The notes under the pieces: model-generated | Told to the model about the DNA's origin: nothing | The model's input: the letters and a program-made list of their open reading frames with translations, nothing else | The model's database searches: none | From: Massalongia carnosa | Taxonomy: Eukaryota | Assembly: GCA_965645245.1 (NCBI GenBank) | Contig: OZ287073.1 | Location: 1,860,001 to 1,924,000, forward strand | Reading direction: 5' to 3' | Length of the DNA: 64,000 nt | In this document: piece by piece, positions 48,115 to 60,876 of the stretch | How positions within the stretch are numbered: position 1 is the stretch's first letter | Layout: every line of letters begins with the position of its first letter | Program-made: the position numbers and the translations under genes

Positions 48115-50842
48115 TTAAGACTCCAATGATAAACTCTCCATCTGCCACTCATTGAGATACTTAAGCGAAGACTCTGTATGAGAATGTTGAGGACCCAGCT
48201 TGTGTTTTTGGAGCTGAAAACATTCCTTTAGCAGTGAGAGAGCCTCATCATTGCGGCCTTGAGACTTCCACGTGAATGCAAGGTTGCTCATGCTAGTCAG
48301 CGTGTCTGGATGCTCCGCCCCTAGCACCCTCTTTCTCGTCTCCATCACTTGCACCTCCAGCTCTTCGGCCTCCGTCCCTCGTCCTTGATCCCTGTACGTC
48401 GACGCAAGATTGGCCATGCTAGTCAGCGTGGAAGGATGCTCCGCCCCTAGCACCCTCGCACTCGTCTCCATCACTTGCACCTCCAGCTCTTCGGCCTCCG
48501 TCCATCGTCCTTGATTCCAATACGTCGACGCAAGATTGGCCATGCTAGTCAGCGTGGAAGGATGCTCCGCCCCTAGCACCCTCTTTCTCGTCTCCATCAC
48601 TTGCACCTCCAGCTCTTCGGCCTCCGTCCATCGTCCTTGATTCCTGTACGTCGACGCAAGATTGGCCATGCTGATCAGCGTGGAAGGATGCTCCGCCCCT
48701 AGCACCCTCTTTCTCGTCTCCATCACTTGCACCTCCAGCTCTTCGGCCTCCGTCCATCGTCCTTGATTCCTGTACGTCGACGCAAGATTGGCCATGCTAG
48801 TCAGCGTGGAAGGATGCTCCGCCCCTAGCACCCTCGCACTCGTCTCCATCACTTGCACCTCCAGCTCTTCGGCCTCCGTCCATCGTCCTTGATTCCTGTA
48901 CGTCGACGCAAGATTGGCCATGCTGATCAGCGTGGAAGGATGCTCCGCCCCTAGCACCCTCGCACTCGTCTTCATCACTTGCACCTGCAGCTCTTCGGCC
49001 TTCATCCATCGTCCTTGTCCCTTGTATGCCAAGGCTAGCATAGCCATACTATTCAATGTCTCTTCATCCTCTGGACCAAGCACTTTTTGCCTGGTTCTTT
49101 TTGCTTTTAGGGCCATTGTCGCTGCTTCAGCGTAACTCCCTTTCGCCCACGCATACCATGCAGCGTGATATAGTATCAAGGCCCAGTCTTGTAATGAGCT
49201 TTCGACAGCTGGCTCCTGCGCTACTGCCGACTTTGCGTGAGGAAAAAGCGCTTGACACTTTGTCCAATTCTCGTAATTTCCCGTCGGAAATACTGTACAG
49301 AGATTCTTGATGTATTGCTGCTTCCATCTTTCGAGCTGATTGGATGCTTCTAGCCACTTTCTGATCGCTAGCTGCACTAGCCCGTGCATCTCAAAGGTGG
49401 TTTCATCTATGCTGATGGTGATGAACGAGAAGTTTCTCAAGACAAGTATGTCGTCTTCAAACTCGTCGACGCTGGAATCGGATACGGTATCCTTATTGCT
49501 ATCGTCTTCGTGGTCATCATCTTCGTCATTTCCAGCATTTTCTCCCGTATTTTCATTTCCTGCCTCGTTTTGTGTCTTGAGTAAAGCCTCAGGAATTCCC
49601 TGTCGATCGAAAAAGCTCATAAGCGACAGCAGATTAGCTGCCGAAGGCTTGATCTGATGAATATGATCAAACGATATTTGCCAGGTTATAATGATTGAAT
49701 TTTTAGCATCCAGGTCCCTGCGAAGATGTCCCGCTTCGTGATTCAACAGACTGGTCTTTCTTTTATCATTTTTATAGAACTCTTTTATGTATTGTCGAAC
49801 AGAATATCTTGGTACTCTTTGTCGAATGTATGCGGCCGCTTGAACGATGGCAAGCGGCATGAATTCGAGTGCTGCTGCTAGCTCAGCAGTATCATCTCTG
49901 TCCATCTGTTCTCCCAGCTTCTTTTCAAGGAGCGCTAGCGCATGTGTATCGTCCATCGGCTCAACCGGTATTATGTCTCTTTCTTCTGCTAGCCGCAATG
50001 CCACGCTTTTAGTCCGGGAGGTGATGAGAATCGAGCCGTTTCGACTCTGAGGTAGATATGCTAACAGTGATTGCGTGAGCCCGCTTCTAATGCCGCCATC
50101 CTGCGCCTTCTGGCCTGTAGCATGAGTTTCGAAAAGCACAGTAGCTTCGTCGGCATTGTCGAGGACCAGAGCCCACTTTCCGTTCTTTTCGTCGCGTAAC
50201 CACTTGTCAACTAGCCGGAATATGTCCGCCTTTGGGTCCTCCCTGCCAGGAATCTTGACTTGCTCTGCAACATCCCGATAACCTTGCTCGATACGGGCTG
50301 CATTACTAGCGTGTATCCAGAACACCCACGTCGTCGGCAACTGCTCTCTGATTCGATAGCAGTACTCGATGGCAAGCTGCGACTTTCTTTGCGAAAGTAA
50401 GCTATTAGAACTAGCCTGAGGCCCTTTGGCTTACCCAACGCCGCCTAGGCCGACAAGCGCTACCCTTGATGCTGGCGCGGAGCACTTTTCGTGGATCTGA
50501 TCAAGTAGCGTTCCGCGATCGACGAAATCAGGGTCGCGGGGGAAACGAACAGCAGATGATGGGCTTGGTGGGGTATCGGGTCTTTCTACAAACGCAGAAT
50601 GCTATCAGCCTTGGCTCACAGGACGCTATATTATTGTGAATGGCGACTTGCCTGGATATTGAACAATATTGTTTGTCTGAGAGCCTAATCAGGATTTAGC
50701 ATAAGATCAATATCGATTGAACAGGACGCAAACCAATCACTTTCGCATAGCCTGAGACGTCACCGATCACAGCGCCTTGGTTGCCAGAAATCGTGCCAAA
50801 ATCCTTCGTGCCTGTAGAGACTACTGGCGTGTTACCGGCCAT
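48115..50842 (-). CDS. Fungal NLR: short N-terminal motif - NB-ARC - TPR; exons 50842-50734, 50684-50652, 50585-50435, 50386-48115
   Basis: Splicing (GT-AG, GC-AG, GT-AG) gives an uninterrupted frame; FPRDPDFVDR, Walker A GLGGVGKS, Walker B WALVLDNAD, ILITSR, MPLAIVQAA, MHGLVQ, 42-aa TPR repeats. Confidence 0.93.
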
Positions 50843-51180
50843 TGCTGCGTCGGAAGATTGTAGACAATAGAGCTCGGAGCTATATTGAATAAGACTTGAA
50901 AACCATTACCTTTACCGTGCTCAGGACCGCACCTAGGCTCGGCCGGAAACTCGACGCCCAAGACTTTCTAAAAGCACTGTTCATCTCTAAGTATAAATAT
51001 AGGCACGGACTCGCCGATGGAGGGCCCCCCGCCATCATGCGGGATAGATGGCTGATAGAGCCAAGGCTATGCACGTGCTGAAGCGCCTGATCTCTCCATG
51101 CAGGCGGTATCACAATTATCTCGCATAAGTGCTAAATTTGAAGCACGACCCCTCTGTAGTATTGCGATGACAACGCCAGC

Positions 51181-52442
51181 ATGGCCGAACCGTACGGATT
51201 AGGCGACCCTCTTTGATTCTCCAGACGCGAATATACAGTACGCACCAGATGTCATTTCTCGTCCGGGTTGCTTTGTATTGACCCAACAGTATTGTCTTCG
51301 TCCACGGGCTCGGCGGCGACAGAGTGAAAACTTGGACATGGGAGGGTCGAGATAGATCGCTGTTGTGGCCGCAAGATCTCTTACCTCAAGCCTGCCCAAC
51401 AGCTCGCATCCTTCTTTTGGGTACAATGCGGACTTTGCTCACTTCTATCCGTTTGTTGGACCGAAATTCATCCCGGAGCATTTGACTATTGATGATCACG
51501 CGACTGCAATGTTCCAGAGCCTAACTAATCGGTCTCCGCGAGAAAACCAAAACTGTAGGAATCGGCGCACCCCTACCCTTTCCACCAGAAATATGCTAAT
51601 AGTATGTCTATGTCCAGGCTGAACGGCCGATTATTTTCGTCTCGCACAGCCTAGGGGGTCTCGTGTGCGCCAATGCGTTGTCAAGGCACAATGGTACCGA
51701 CATTGCTAGCACTACCCTCGTAGAGAGAACGATTGGAGTCGTCTTCCTTGGAACGCCCTTTGAGGGATCGTCAAAAGCAAAATGGGGAAGCAGGGCTCTA
51801 CAGATACTGGGCTGGATAAGCACCACGCATAAGCAGGATATAAAGGATCTTGAAGAGCGTTCGGCAAAGCTCATCAGCGTTAACGAGGCCTTTCAGAAAT
51901 TCCTGAAAGCACGGTATCGTTCAGAATCAAGAGAGTTTGTGGAAGTAGCTTGTTTCTTTGAACAGTATGCTATGTATGAGGGAGGGACGATGGGATTTAT
52001 CGTGCCCAAGGAATCGGCTTGCCTGCCTGGTATCGATCCACAGTCGATCCAGGCGAACCATGTTGATATGTGCAAGTTTGAGGATGAAGACCGAGAGGGA
52101 TACAAGAGAGTTTCACAAAAGTTGGTTCAATGGATATCGGATCTTGATAGTCGATCCAAGGGGTCTGGAGAGGATCGCCAGGTCTGACATCTCTTTCGCG
52201 CGCTTGAAGTTAGCTGTTCAACAGAACCATTCGGTTCGTATGGGCGATGTTAACTTTAGGGACAAAATCGATAACAATCGAGGTGTGATTATGGGTCATG
52301 CAAATAGTACGGCCACAGAAGGGGTTAAAATATCTGGGAGTAGTATCACTGTAAGGATCACCTATCCTTTCGATAGCGATGTACAAGCTGACAGAAAGTA
52401 AAGAATAGTTATCATGGCATTAACCCAAAAGACTCTGTGTAG
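51181..52442 (+). pseudogene. SesB-like alpha/beta hydrolase with a C-terminal G/N/S-rich extension; 5' exons carry small frameshifts
   Basis: IVFVHGLGGD, WPQDLLP, ARIL..GYNAD, FVSHSLGG, GVVFLGTPFEGS, CFFE, ANHVDMCKF; predicted last exons 52225-52350 and 52404-52442; indels near 51208, 51413 and 51522. Confidence 0.85.
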
Positions 52443-53099
52443 ACCGAGGGATAGGCAATCATTGCGGAGTCATTCTAGGAAACTATTCAGGGACATGAAA
52501 TAATCAATTGACTTTTTGACATCTTTCAAAACAAAGTTTTTTTGCGCAGTCATCAGCTTCGGGTGATAGTTGACTCCTTGTGAGACGTGAAGAGCTCGCA
52601 TGACAAGAGTTCCAGGCTTCAAATATGCCGCAGCTAGAGGGGGCCTCTTAGCAGAGAATGCTTATCCAACTTATGTCCGATCTCTGAATCCTGCCCTTGC
52701 TTCCGTAAGCACTTCAGAACAAAAGTCTGACAAGATCTCAAATCATTATTGAATGAATAAGCATCTTACTTCATTGAGCTACGTAGATGCAATGATGGAG
52801 ATTTTCAAAGACGTACAATCAGTGCTTACGCCTGTCGAGCCTTTGATAAAGTACGCTAAAACTGTAAAGCGATTGAGCATCACAATCGACGACATAGCTG
52901 AAGATGAGACGAGCAATTACAATACATCAAGTCCTGACATCTATTCCTATCATTTTCATTATGTCAGGTCAGTACGTTGACACTATTGAGATTTGTTTCG
53001 ACATTTCAAAGCCTTTAAGCAAGGACTGAGGTTGACAGAAAAACCCTCACTGATCTAAGTGATAATTGACTTGCGATTCACAGAGATGAAGTGCAAGCG

Positions 53100-53361
53100 A
53101 CATCAAAAGAAGATCATGATCAAGCATTGCAGCTGCTGCTGAAGAAAAGAGCCGATGAGAACGCTCGAGGTGGAGACATTGACGATGCAACTGCAGACGG
53201 CGTCATTTAATGATCATGATCGAGTGATGCAGATATCGCTCGACAAAGAGGCTAATCTCAACGCACGAAGTGAAGGCTATGACTACACATTGTGGACGGC
53301 ATCAGCAAAAGGTCATGATAAGGAGATGCAAATGTTACTTGCCGCTGGTGCAATAGGGTAG
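53100..53361 (+). pseudogene. Decayed ankyrin-repeat remnant
   Basis: LQTASFNDHDRVMQISLDKEANLNA...LWTASAKGHDKEMQMLLAAGA. Confidence 0.65.
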
Positions 53362-53529
53362 AAACATAGCACCGATGTGACGAGCTAACTACTGATCTAG
53401 TGATATAGTGACACGCGGTGAACAAAAAAACCCACACACCCGCTGATAAGCAAAAGATTCAAACTCGATAATTATCGTCTAACCCGTTAAAACCCTCGCA
53501 TTCTTGTCTATCTAGAGTTTGGCTGCTCC

Positions 53530-54950
53530 CTCCTATTCGCACCACGCCGGCGCCCTAGGGGATCAGGAACGCTCGGCTCAGAGGGCCCAGCTTGCTCGCT
53601 GAAATGCTGGCCCCAGGTGCGAGTGACAGAGAAACTCCCAAATCCCAAAACTGAATGGCCTGCTGGCAGTGCTGTTCCGACCGATGCTGGCCTGACTGAT
53701 GCTGCTTCGACTAAGGCTCAACCGGGCGAGGATAAAGGGCGCTGAAAACGTATAGATGTGTTGAGAACTTAATCTAAACTAGATTGAATGTAAAGCTGGT
53801 ATGCATTCGATTTCTATCGTCCAAGTTGCTATATTTCTTTAGAAAGTGCGTTTTTTTAGCTGTGGTTGCTGCTCTTCTTCTGAATGTCTGGAAATTTTCA
53901 TTTTATGCCTAGCTAATTAATATCTGATTGGAGCCGGATGATGAAATACTCTTTTATAACAGAGCCGTCTTTTGAATAAAATAAGAGGCCAGAAGAATGT
54001 CGTGGAAATTGGATGAACAAGTTTCGGAGAGAGGAAATTGCGCAAGTTCCACCGTAAGCATTACGCCTTTTCTGACTCGATCAGTTTCGAAGCAAGAGCT
54101 TATTAAACCGAATTCCTGCTGCTTGTCTTATTAATTGTCATGACGCAAATACAGGATTCTGAAAATCTTTATTTAAGCAGGTGAACTTTCCTGCTCGGAG
54201 AAAAGTTGCAAAAGTTAAACAGTAAGCGGCGCGTATCACTGCTTGTGATTCGACTGTTAAATCAAGCTGTGACACTAGTTGTAAAAGAAAATCCTTTGTG
54301 ATAGGAAGACGCTCGCGATTGTCTTCTTCCCCTCGTCTTCTTCTGATGCCCGTGATCAGTCTCTGAAGTGAAGAATGATAAAAGATTGCCAGATCTTCCA
54401 CACCAAAATCAATTAACATAGATGTAAGCCAGGCAAGGTAACCCTTGAGGGTTTTAAAGGCAATTTTCCGTTTGACTAGCTCGGTGATTTCTGAAGCTAT
54501 TCTTTGCAAGATAACAGGAAAATAGGAAAAGATCTTGTTGACTTGACAATGAATCTCGTAGCTTCTTCTAGCTGAGGAATTAAAATCTCAAATCTTGGTT
54601 GCGAAATCCAATCATATCAGATTGATTGACTCTTTGTCAAAAGAAGTCAAAGAAGTTTGAGTGCAAAAGATTGGAGGATCATGAACAAAGGTGTTGCTAA
54701 TGTCTGGAAATTAGAATACCTGTTAGCGATCTTTGGTAATTTTCCTCGAGACAACATGTCAATAGCAGCATTGTCTCTGGTGCTGATTCATCAAGGTTTA
54801 ATCTTAATGTCATTCAAAGCGGCCAACAAGGCAATTGGTAAAGGGCATGTATAGTACTACCTCGAATAGATGTTGTTTTTACTCCTATTGTAACAGCAAA
54901 ATTGTCACAATGAAGAACCAAATAGCTTCCTTTAACAAAGAAGAGCCATT
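53530..54950 (-). mobile_element. Degenerate tyrosine-recombinase retrotransposon fragment (end of RNase H plus YR)
   Basis: TLKGYLA, LQRLITGIRR, RLPITKD, AAYCLTFATFLRAGKFT; parallels the YR at 63555. Confidence 0.8.
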
Positions 54951-55089
54951 TTAACCGTCATACTCGCATTAAAGAGCCCTCTACTTTGGAAGACGTAGTT
55001 GTCAAAACTCAATTTCTCGATAATGCGGCCGTTGTAGTCAGCATTGAAAATATATTGAGAAGTTCCACAGCAAGCTCGACAAGTTAAAA

Positions 55090-55356
55090 TGACGCGCTTG
55101 CGATGTATGTAATGAGATTGACTTCGGTAGAGGCGAAGAAACTATCGATGGGTTGAACGACTTTTGAAAATAACATGGACCTAGGTACAGCGCCTTCCAA
55201 CTTGGCTCATTTATCTATCGCTGAAGAGATGCTAATTGCCTGAGCCCATATACTTATATACTTATAAAGTTTCGTTGTGTGAAAGGATATCAATATAAGA
55301 AAAGTGGTCATGTGGTCAATTTCATGCCAAATACGGTGAAGATAATTAATTCGTTG
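55090..55356 (+). pseudogene. Helitron-associated (DUF6570-like) fragment
   Basis: NNMDLGTAPSNLAHLSIAEEMLIA*AH...VKGYQYKKSGHVVNFM resembles the region N-terminal to the Rep domain in fungal Helitron-like proteins. Confidence 0.6.
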
Positions 55357-55585
55357 TATGGGTGGCACGGAAGTCAGGTGACAGATAGTTCTTTTCCTTT
55401 AGATACAGAGCAGAGCATGCTTGTAGCTTAGCTACAGCACACATAGCTATAACAACACACAGCATCAACACATGCAGTTCACATACAGAAGAGACACGAT
55501 GCACGAGGCACGAGGCATACAGTGACTAGTCTAGCTATTGTTTTTATTCTATTGTCTTGTTCTTCTCCTAACCTCCTAGCAGTAG

Positions 55586-55690
55586 TGGTATCAAAAGGCA
55601 AGATAGTAATGTAAAGTCAATAGAAGATAAAACACTTGCTTTTGTTCTATATATTGGGAATACGTAGCTAGATTTATAGACCTTGTATCT
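55586..55690 (-). repeat. LTR fragment related to the LTR at 47276-47489
   Basis: Reverse complement shares TCTATAAATCTAG, TATATAGAACAAAAGCAAG and TGCCTTTTGATA. Confidence 0.65.
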
Positions 55691-56399
55691 TGTACAGTAC
55701 TACTGTAAGCGATTGCGAGTAGCTCTCAGGGCCTCTAGCTCGGTGCTAAAACTGCGCCGGGAGCTAGCCCAGAGCGCCCGAAGCAAGTTAGCAAAAATGG
55801 CATGCTCAGACGTAAGAAACCTTGTCCATTCTGACGCCTTTGCATTCCTGCTAGTCAACAGTGAGCATGAACTCCATCGTGAAAATCCTCCAAACCCATC
55901 TGATCGCGATGATGCTGTCACGGACGTTCGGATGATTTCCTCCGAGCCCTTCTTTCGTGGCGAGCGCTTTCGTCGATTCCGTCATGTTGACACCGGCCCC
56001 TTCGTCCTCCTGAATCACGCACAGCGCCAGCGGTTCGTCCGACGCATCATGAAGTAGCTGCGCCGTTGACGGTCCGCATCAGTATATTCGCACGTTCATC
56101 GGCCTTGTCTTTTGGGCCCGGTCGTTGCTGTGAAGTTTTACGAGCGCTTGATCGAATTCGAAGCTCTCCCTGGTCAGCTTACTGCCTTTAAATATATCTA
56201 TGATCCTTGCCTTCTCATTTACTTTTTCAAATAAAATGCTCGCTGGGAGAAGACGGGAGCGCCTGGACCAAAACCTTACACCCATCAAGCCCAAGCCCAC
56301 CTCCTAGGCGGTATTGGCTGCTACGACCCTCCCAGAGTCCTGTGCGCCCTCGAAAACGCGGGTGAGGGCTTGGCCGTGCACGGCTTGGGAAGGACATCC

Positions 56400-59300
56400 C
56401 GCCGCGGGCCTGCTGGTAGCTTGGGTTGTGGATCCAGATAATTACGGTAATCTACTCCCGCTCGGATGCATCGGTGAGCTACTGCTTGAAGGGCCACTTA
56501 TCTTCCAGGGCTACCTAAACGATCCAGGGAAGACTGCAGCCGCGTTTTTTGAGGACCCAGCATGGCTACTGCAAGAGGCGCCGGGTCGGCTAGGACGATA
56601 TGGACGACTCTATAAGACAAGTGACCTGGTGCGGTACAACAAAGATGGGAGCCTGACGTTCATTGGCCGAAAAGATGCACAAGTTAAGATCCGCGGACAA
56701 CGAGTTGAGCTTGGAGAGGTTGAGTACCGCGTGCAGGAGTGCCTACCGCAAGCGAGACAGGTTGTGGTTGAAGTCATTATGCCGCTAGGGGAGAATCAAA
56801 GCCTAGTGTTAGCGGCGTTCGCCAAGATAAACTACAATGTGACAGAAACCAACGAGGCAGAGTCTACCATGGCCAATATTCTTCTCATTACTGCTGATGT
56901 AGAGGACAAGCTGGCAAAGCATCTACCGAGGTATATGGTGCCAACAGTATTTTTTTCCATGAGGGAGCTACCTATGACAGTCACAGGAAAGATAAACCGG
57001 AGACGACTGTGTGAGATTGGTGGGTCATTCTCTGTTCAACAGCTGGCTGAGATGCAGACAGCTGGGCAAGACAAAAAGAGGCAGCCGAAGTCAGAGGAAG
57101 AGTGGCAGACGCAGAGGATATGGGGCCAGGTGCTCAACATTAACCCGACGACTATTGAGCTTGACGATAGTTTCTTCCGGCTTGGAGGTGACTCAATTGC
57201 AGCAATGAAACTTGTGAGTGAGGCTCAAAAGATTGGCGTCAAACTAGCAATGACAAACATCTTCCGCCATCCTCGGTTGGAGCATGTGGCACACCAGGGG
57301 CTTGGTTTAGCGGATGACCTTCTGGAGTATATCATACCATTTTCTCTTCTGGGTAACAGCTTTGATATCACCTTGCTCATCCAGAATATTTCGATTCAGT
57401 GTCAATTAGACCCAGCTACTATTGAGGACGCATATCCATACACTCCACTTCAAGGAGGTCTTTTGTCTCTGTCATCAAAGCGATCAGGAGACTACATTAT
57501 GCAAAGTACCCTAGAATTATCTTCAGACAGCACAATCGGGGCTTTCTACAATACATGGAAGGAAGTAGCCGGGACAATGGAAATCTTGCGTACAAGAATT
57601 GTTCAGCACAATGATATTGGCCTTTTGCAGGTGGTCTTGGACGAAGACATCCATTGGATTGAGGCAACAGGACTAAATGAGTATCTCCAAGCTGACAGAA
57701 AAGAGTCTATGGAGATAGGTCAGCCGCTCGCCCGGTATGCTCTTGTCAAAGATGATATAGGTATATACAAGTGGTTCGTGTGTACGGTACAACACGCCAT
57801 CTATGATGGCTGGTCACTGCCTCTGATTATGAACGCAGTTAATCGGGTATATTGTGGTGAGGCGCTTGAGTCTAGGCCTCAGTTCAAAACGTTTATCAAA
57901 TATATCGATGAGCAAGACGATAAAAAGGTGGTGGATTACTGGCAACAAGTGTTGGCAGACTGCAATTGTACACCGTTCCCAGCCCTCCCGCCATCTGTGC
58001 AACAGCCGGTGGCAGACATAGTAATAGAGCATCAATTCCTATTGCCCCAAAGACAGTCTCTGGATATTACAACATTAACGCTTATCCGCGCTGCATGGGC
58101 CTTGGTCACTAGCCATATGACAGACTCAGATGATGTTTTGTTTGGCGTCACAGTGTCTGGAAGGAACGCGCCTGTTGTTGGCATTGATGAGATGGCAGGC
58201 CCAACAATCGCCACGGCTCCAGTGCGCATAAAGGTAGCCAGCAACCAAAGAGTTTCAGAATATTTGGAGGCAGAACAACGACAAGCAATAGATATGATCC
58301 CTTTTGAGCAGACTGGCTGGCATCAAATTGCCAAGACGGGCCCTGATAGTAAGTAATCGTGCATGTTCTAAACGCTGCTTATCATTTAGCTGCAGGATAA
58401 TGACTCTACCCAGGATCTGCTTGGGAAGTGGCAGGATAGCAGCCAACAACAGTGATTCAGCACATATGCTCTTATGCTTGAGATACGGCTTGACGCAGAC
58501 AACATTACAGCTTCAGCTAGCTTTGACTCAAGGGTGATCGAGCCGTGGGTGGTGCAGAATTTACTAGAGCGGCTTGAATCTGTAATAGGCCAGTTTGACA
58601 ATGCGAATTCTAACCGGACGTTAAAGGAGATCAAGATGGTCACACAGAAAGACCTCAAAGAGATATGGGAATGGAATAGCATTGTTCCAGTGTCAGTCGA
58701 GCGATGCGTCCACAAGATGATTGAGGACCAGGCACAGGCTCAGCCTAGCGCACCAGCCGTGTGCGCGCGTGGGATGGTGAGCTAACATACAGCGAACTAA
58801 ACCAGCTTGTCATGGGACTAGCGGGCCGGCTTGTCGAGCTCGGTGTCAGGCCGGACGTTCTGGTGCCACTCTGTTTTGAGAAGTCAATGTGGACGACAGT
58901 CACGATACTTGGCGTGCTTAAGGCGGGCGGCGGCTTTGTCTTGCTTGACCCCTCACATCTTGAGCAACGTCTTCAGGACATCGTCAAACAAACCAAAGCA
59001 AGCCTGGTCCTATTTTCTCTCTCCAACTATGCTCTGAGCTCGCGGCTAGCGCAACAGGTTGTCACTGTCAGTTCGGAATTTTTTGCAGACCTGGGTGATG
59101 AACCGATTAAGCACCTTTCTGGCCCCAGCCCATGGTCTGTCATGTATGTGGTTTTCACATCAGGCAGTATAGGGACACTAAAAGGGGTAGTGATAACCTA
59201 CAGGCATGTGGCTTCAGCTCTCCACTATCAGCTAAGACTCCGAGGATTGACGGACAGACTCAAGAGTCTTTGATTTTGCATCCTAAGGCTTTGATGCAAC

Positions 59301-60388
59301 TATTAGCAACGCTTTTACAACCCTTCTTGCGGGTGGTTGTTTATGTGTCCCAAGCGATCAAGACCGGAGGAATAAGCTGACGGAGAGCATAGCATCTCTC
59401 CATGCTAATGTCATCGATCTTACACCGTCTGTTGCTCAGCTTCTAGTTCCCGAGAAGACAACTCAGTTACAGATGATTATTTTGGCTGGTGAGAAAGTTC
59501 ATATTAACGATGTAAAACCTTGGTGAGGGTAAGGTGCGGGTCCTCCAAGCATATAGACCAAGCGAATGCACCACACTCAGTACGATCAATTGCAGTGCAT
59601 CTAGTCCAGAAGAGAGCACTCCCATAGGAAAAGGTGCCGGGCTCGTGACTTGGGTTGTCGATTCAAAAACCACGATCATCTGCTCCCACTTGGATCCATC
59701 GGCGAGCTACTACTTGAAGGGCCGCTTGTCGGCCCTAGCTACCTGAACAATCCAGAAAAAACGGCAGCGGTATTCATTGAGGACCCAGTATGGTTGTTAC
59801 AAGACGCGCTAGATCGGCCAGGAAGGCATGGACGACTCTACAAGACAGGTGACCTGGTCCGGTACAACGAAGATGGAAGTCTAACGTGTATCAAGCGGAA
59901 AGACACGCAAGTCAAGATCCGTGGACAGCGAGTCGAGCTTGAAGAGGTTGCGCACCACGTCCAGGAGTGCATGCTGGAGGCAGAGCATGTTGTGATCGAG
60001 GTGATTGTGCCGGAAGGGGACAATTCAAGCCCAATGTTAGCAGTGTTTGTCCAGATGAATGATGATGTCACAGAGACAGACCGGCGAGGGAGTGTCTTTG
60101 CCAGTTTACTCCTCATTGATGCTAGTCTTGAGGGCAGGTTGGCCGAGCATCTACCGAGCTATATGATACCGACAGTGTTCTTTTCCATGCGGGAGCTGCC
60201 TATGACAGCCACAGGAAAGAAAAACCGGAGACGACTGTGTGAGATCGGCGGGTCATTCTCTGTCCAACAACTGGCTGAAATGCAGACGGCAGGACGAGGC
60301 ACGAAGCGGCAGTCAATTTCAGAGGTAGAGCGGCAGATGCAGAGGATATGGGGCCAGGTGCTCAACATCAACCCGACGACCATTGGAT
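56400..60388 (+). pseudogene. Non-ribosomal peptide synthetase fragment (A C-terminus - T - C - A), decayed and truncated at both ends
   Basis: GELLLEGP, LYKTGDL, GRKDAQVKIRGQRVELGEVE, FFRLGGDSIAAM, HAIYDGWS, VVFTSGS; stops and frameshifts from 58354 to 59650. Confidence 0.92.
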
Positions 60389-60730
60389 CAGTCAATCAGT
60401 ATTCTTACAATAAAACTACGCAAAAAATGATCTGATGGCCACGGCTGAGGTGATGAACCAATCAAAGACACTGCAAGTCTATGGAAAAGGTAAAGTTATG
60501 ACCCCGCATCATACGAGCAGGATTCTGCGTAAAAAAGCAGTAGTGGAATAATTTATTTCACGGACAAATCGCTGATGCTACCGTTGTTTCGGGTGAAAAA
60601 AATAAGGGCAATTAGTAAGCGAAAACTCCTTGAGATGGTTCTATGTCACGTGAGGCCCCTGAGTCAAAGTAAATTAAGAATCACCCTCTGAAAATTCTTT
60701 CCTCATCCACTTCTTCTCACTCGGCCTCAT

Positions 60731-60876
60731 CCATCTCACTGACTCGTCGTCGACCCCACGTTGTCTCGGTGCCCCTACCTCGCTGTCAGTGCTTGCTGCT
60801 TTTCCCATCTCACTGACTCGTCGTCGACCTCACGTTGTCCTCGGTGCCCCTACCTCGCTGTCGGTGCTTTTTCCCA
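60731..60876 (+). repeat. Two tandem copies of a 74-bp unit immediately before gag
   Basis: CCATCTCACTGACTCGTCGTCGACC...GGTGCCCCTACCTCGCTGTC at 60731 and 60805. Confidence 0.9.

Noticed and set aside
55870..56310. GC-richer segment with short ORFs before the NRPS
   Set aside because: No recognisable domain or boundaries, so it cannot be assigned.
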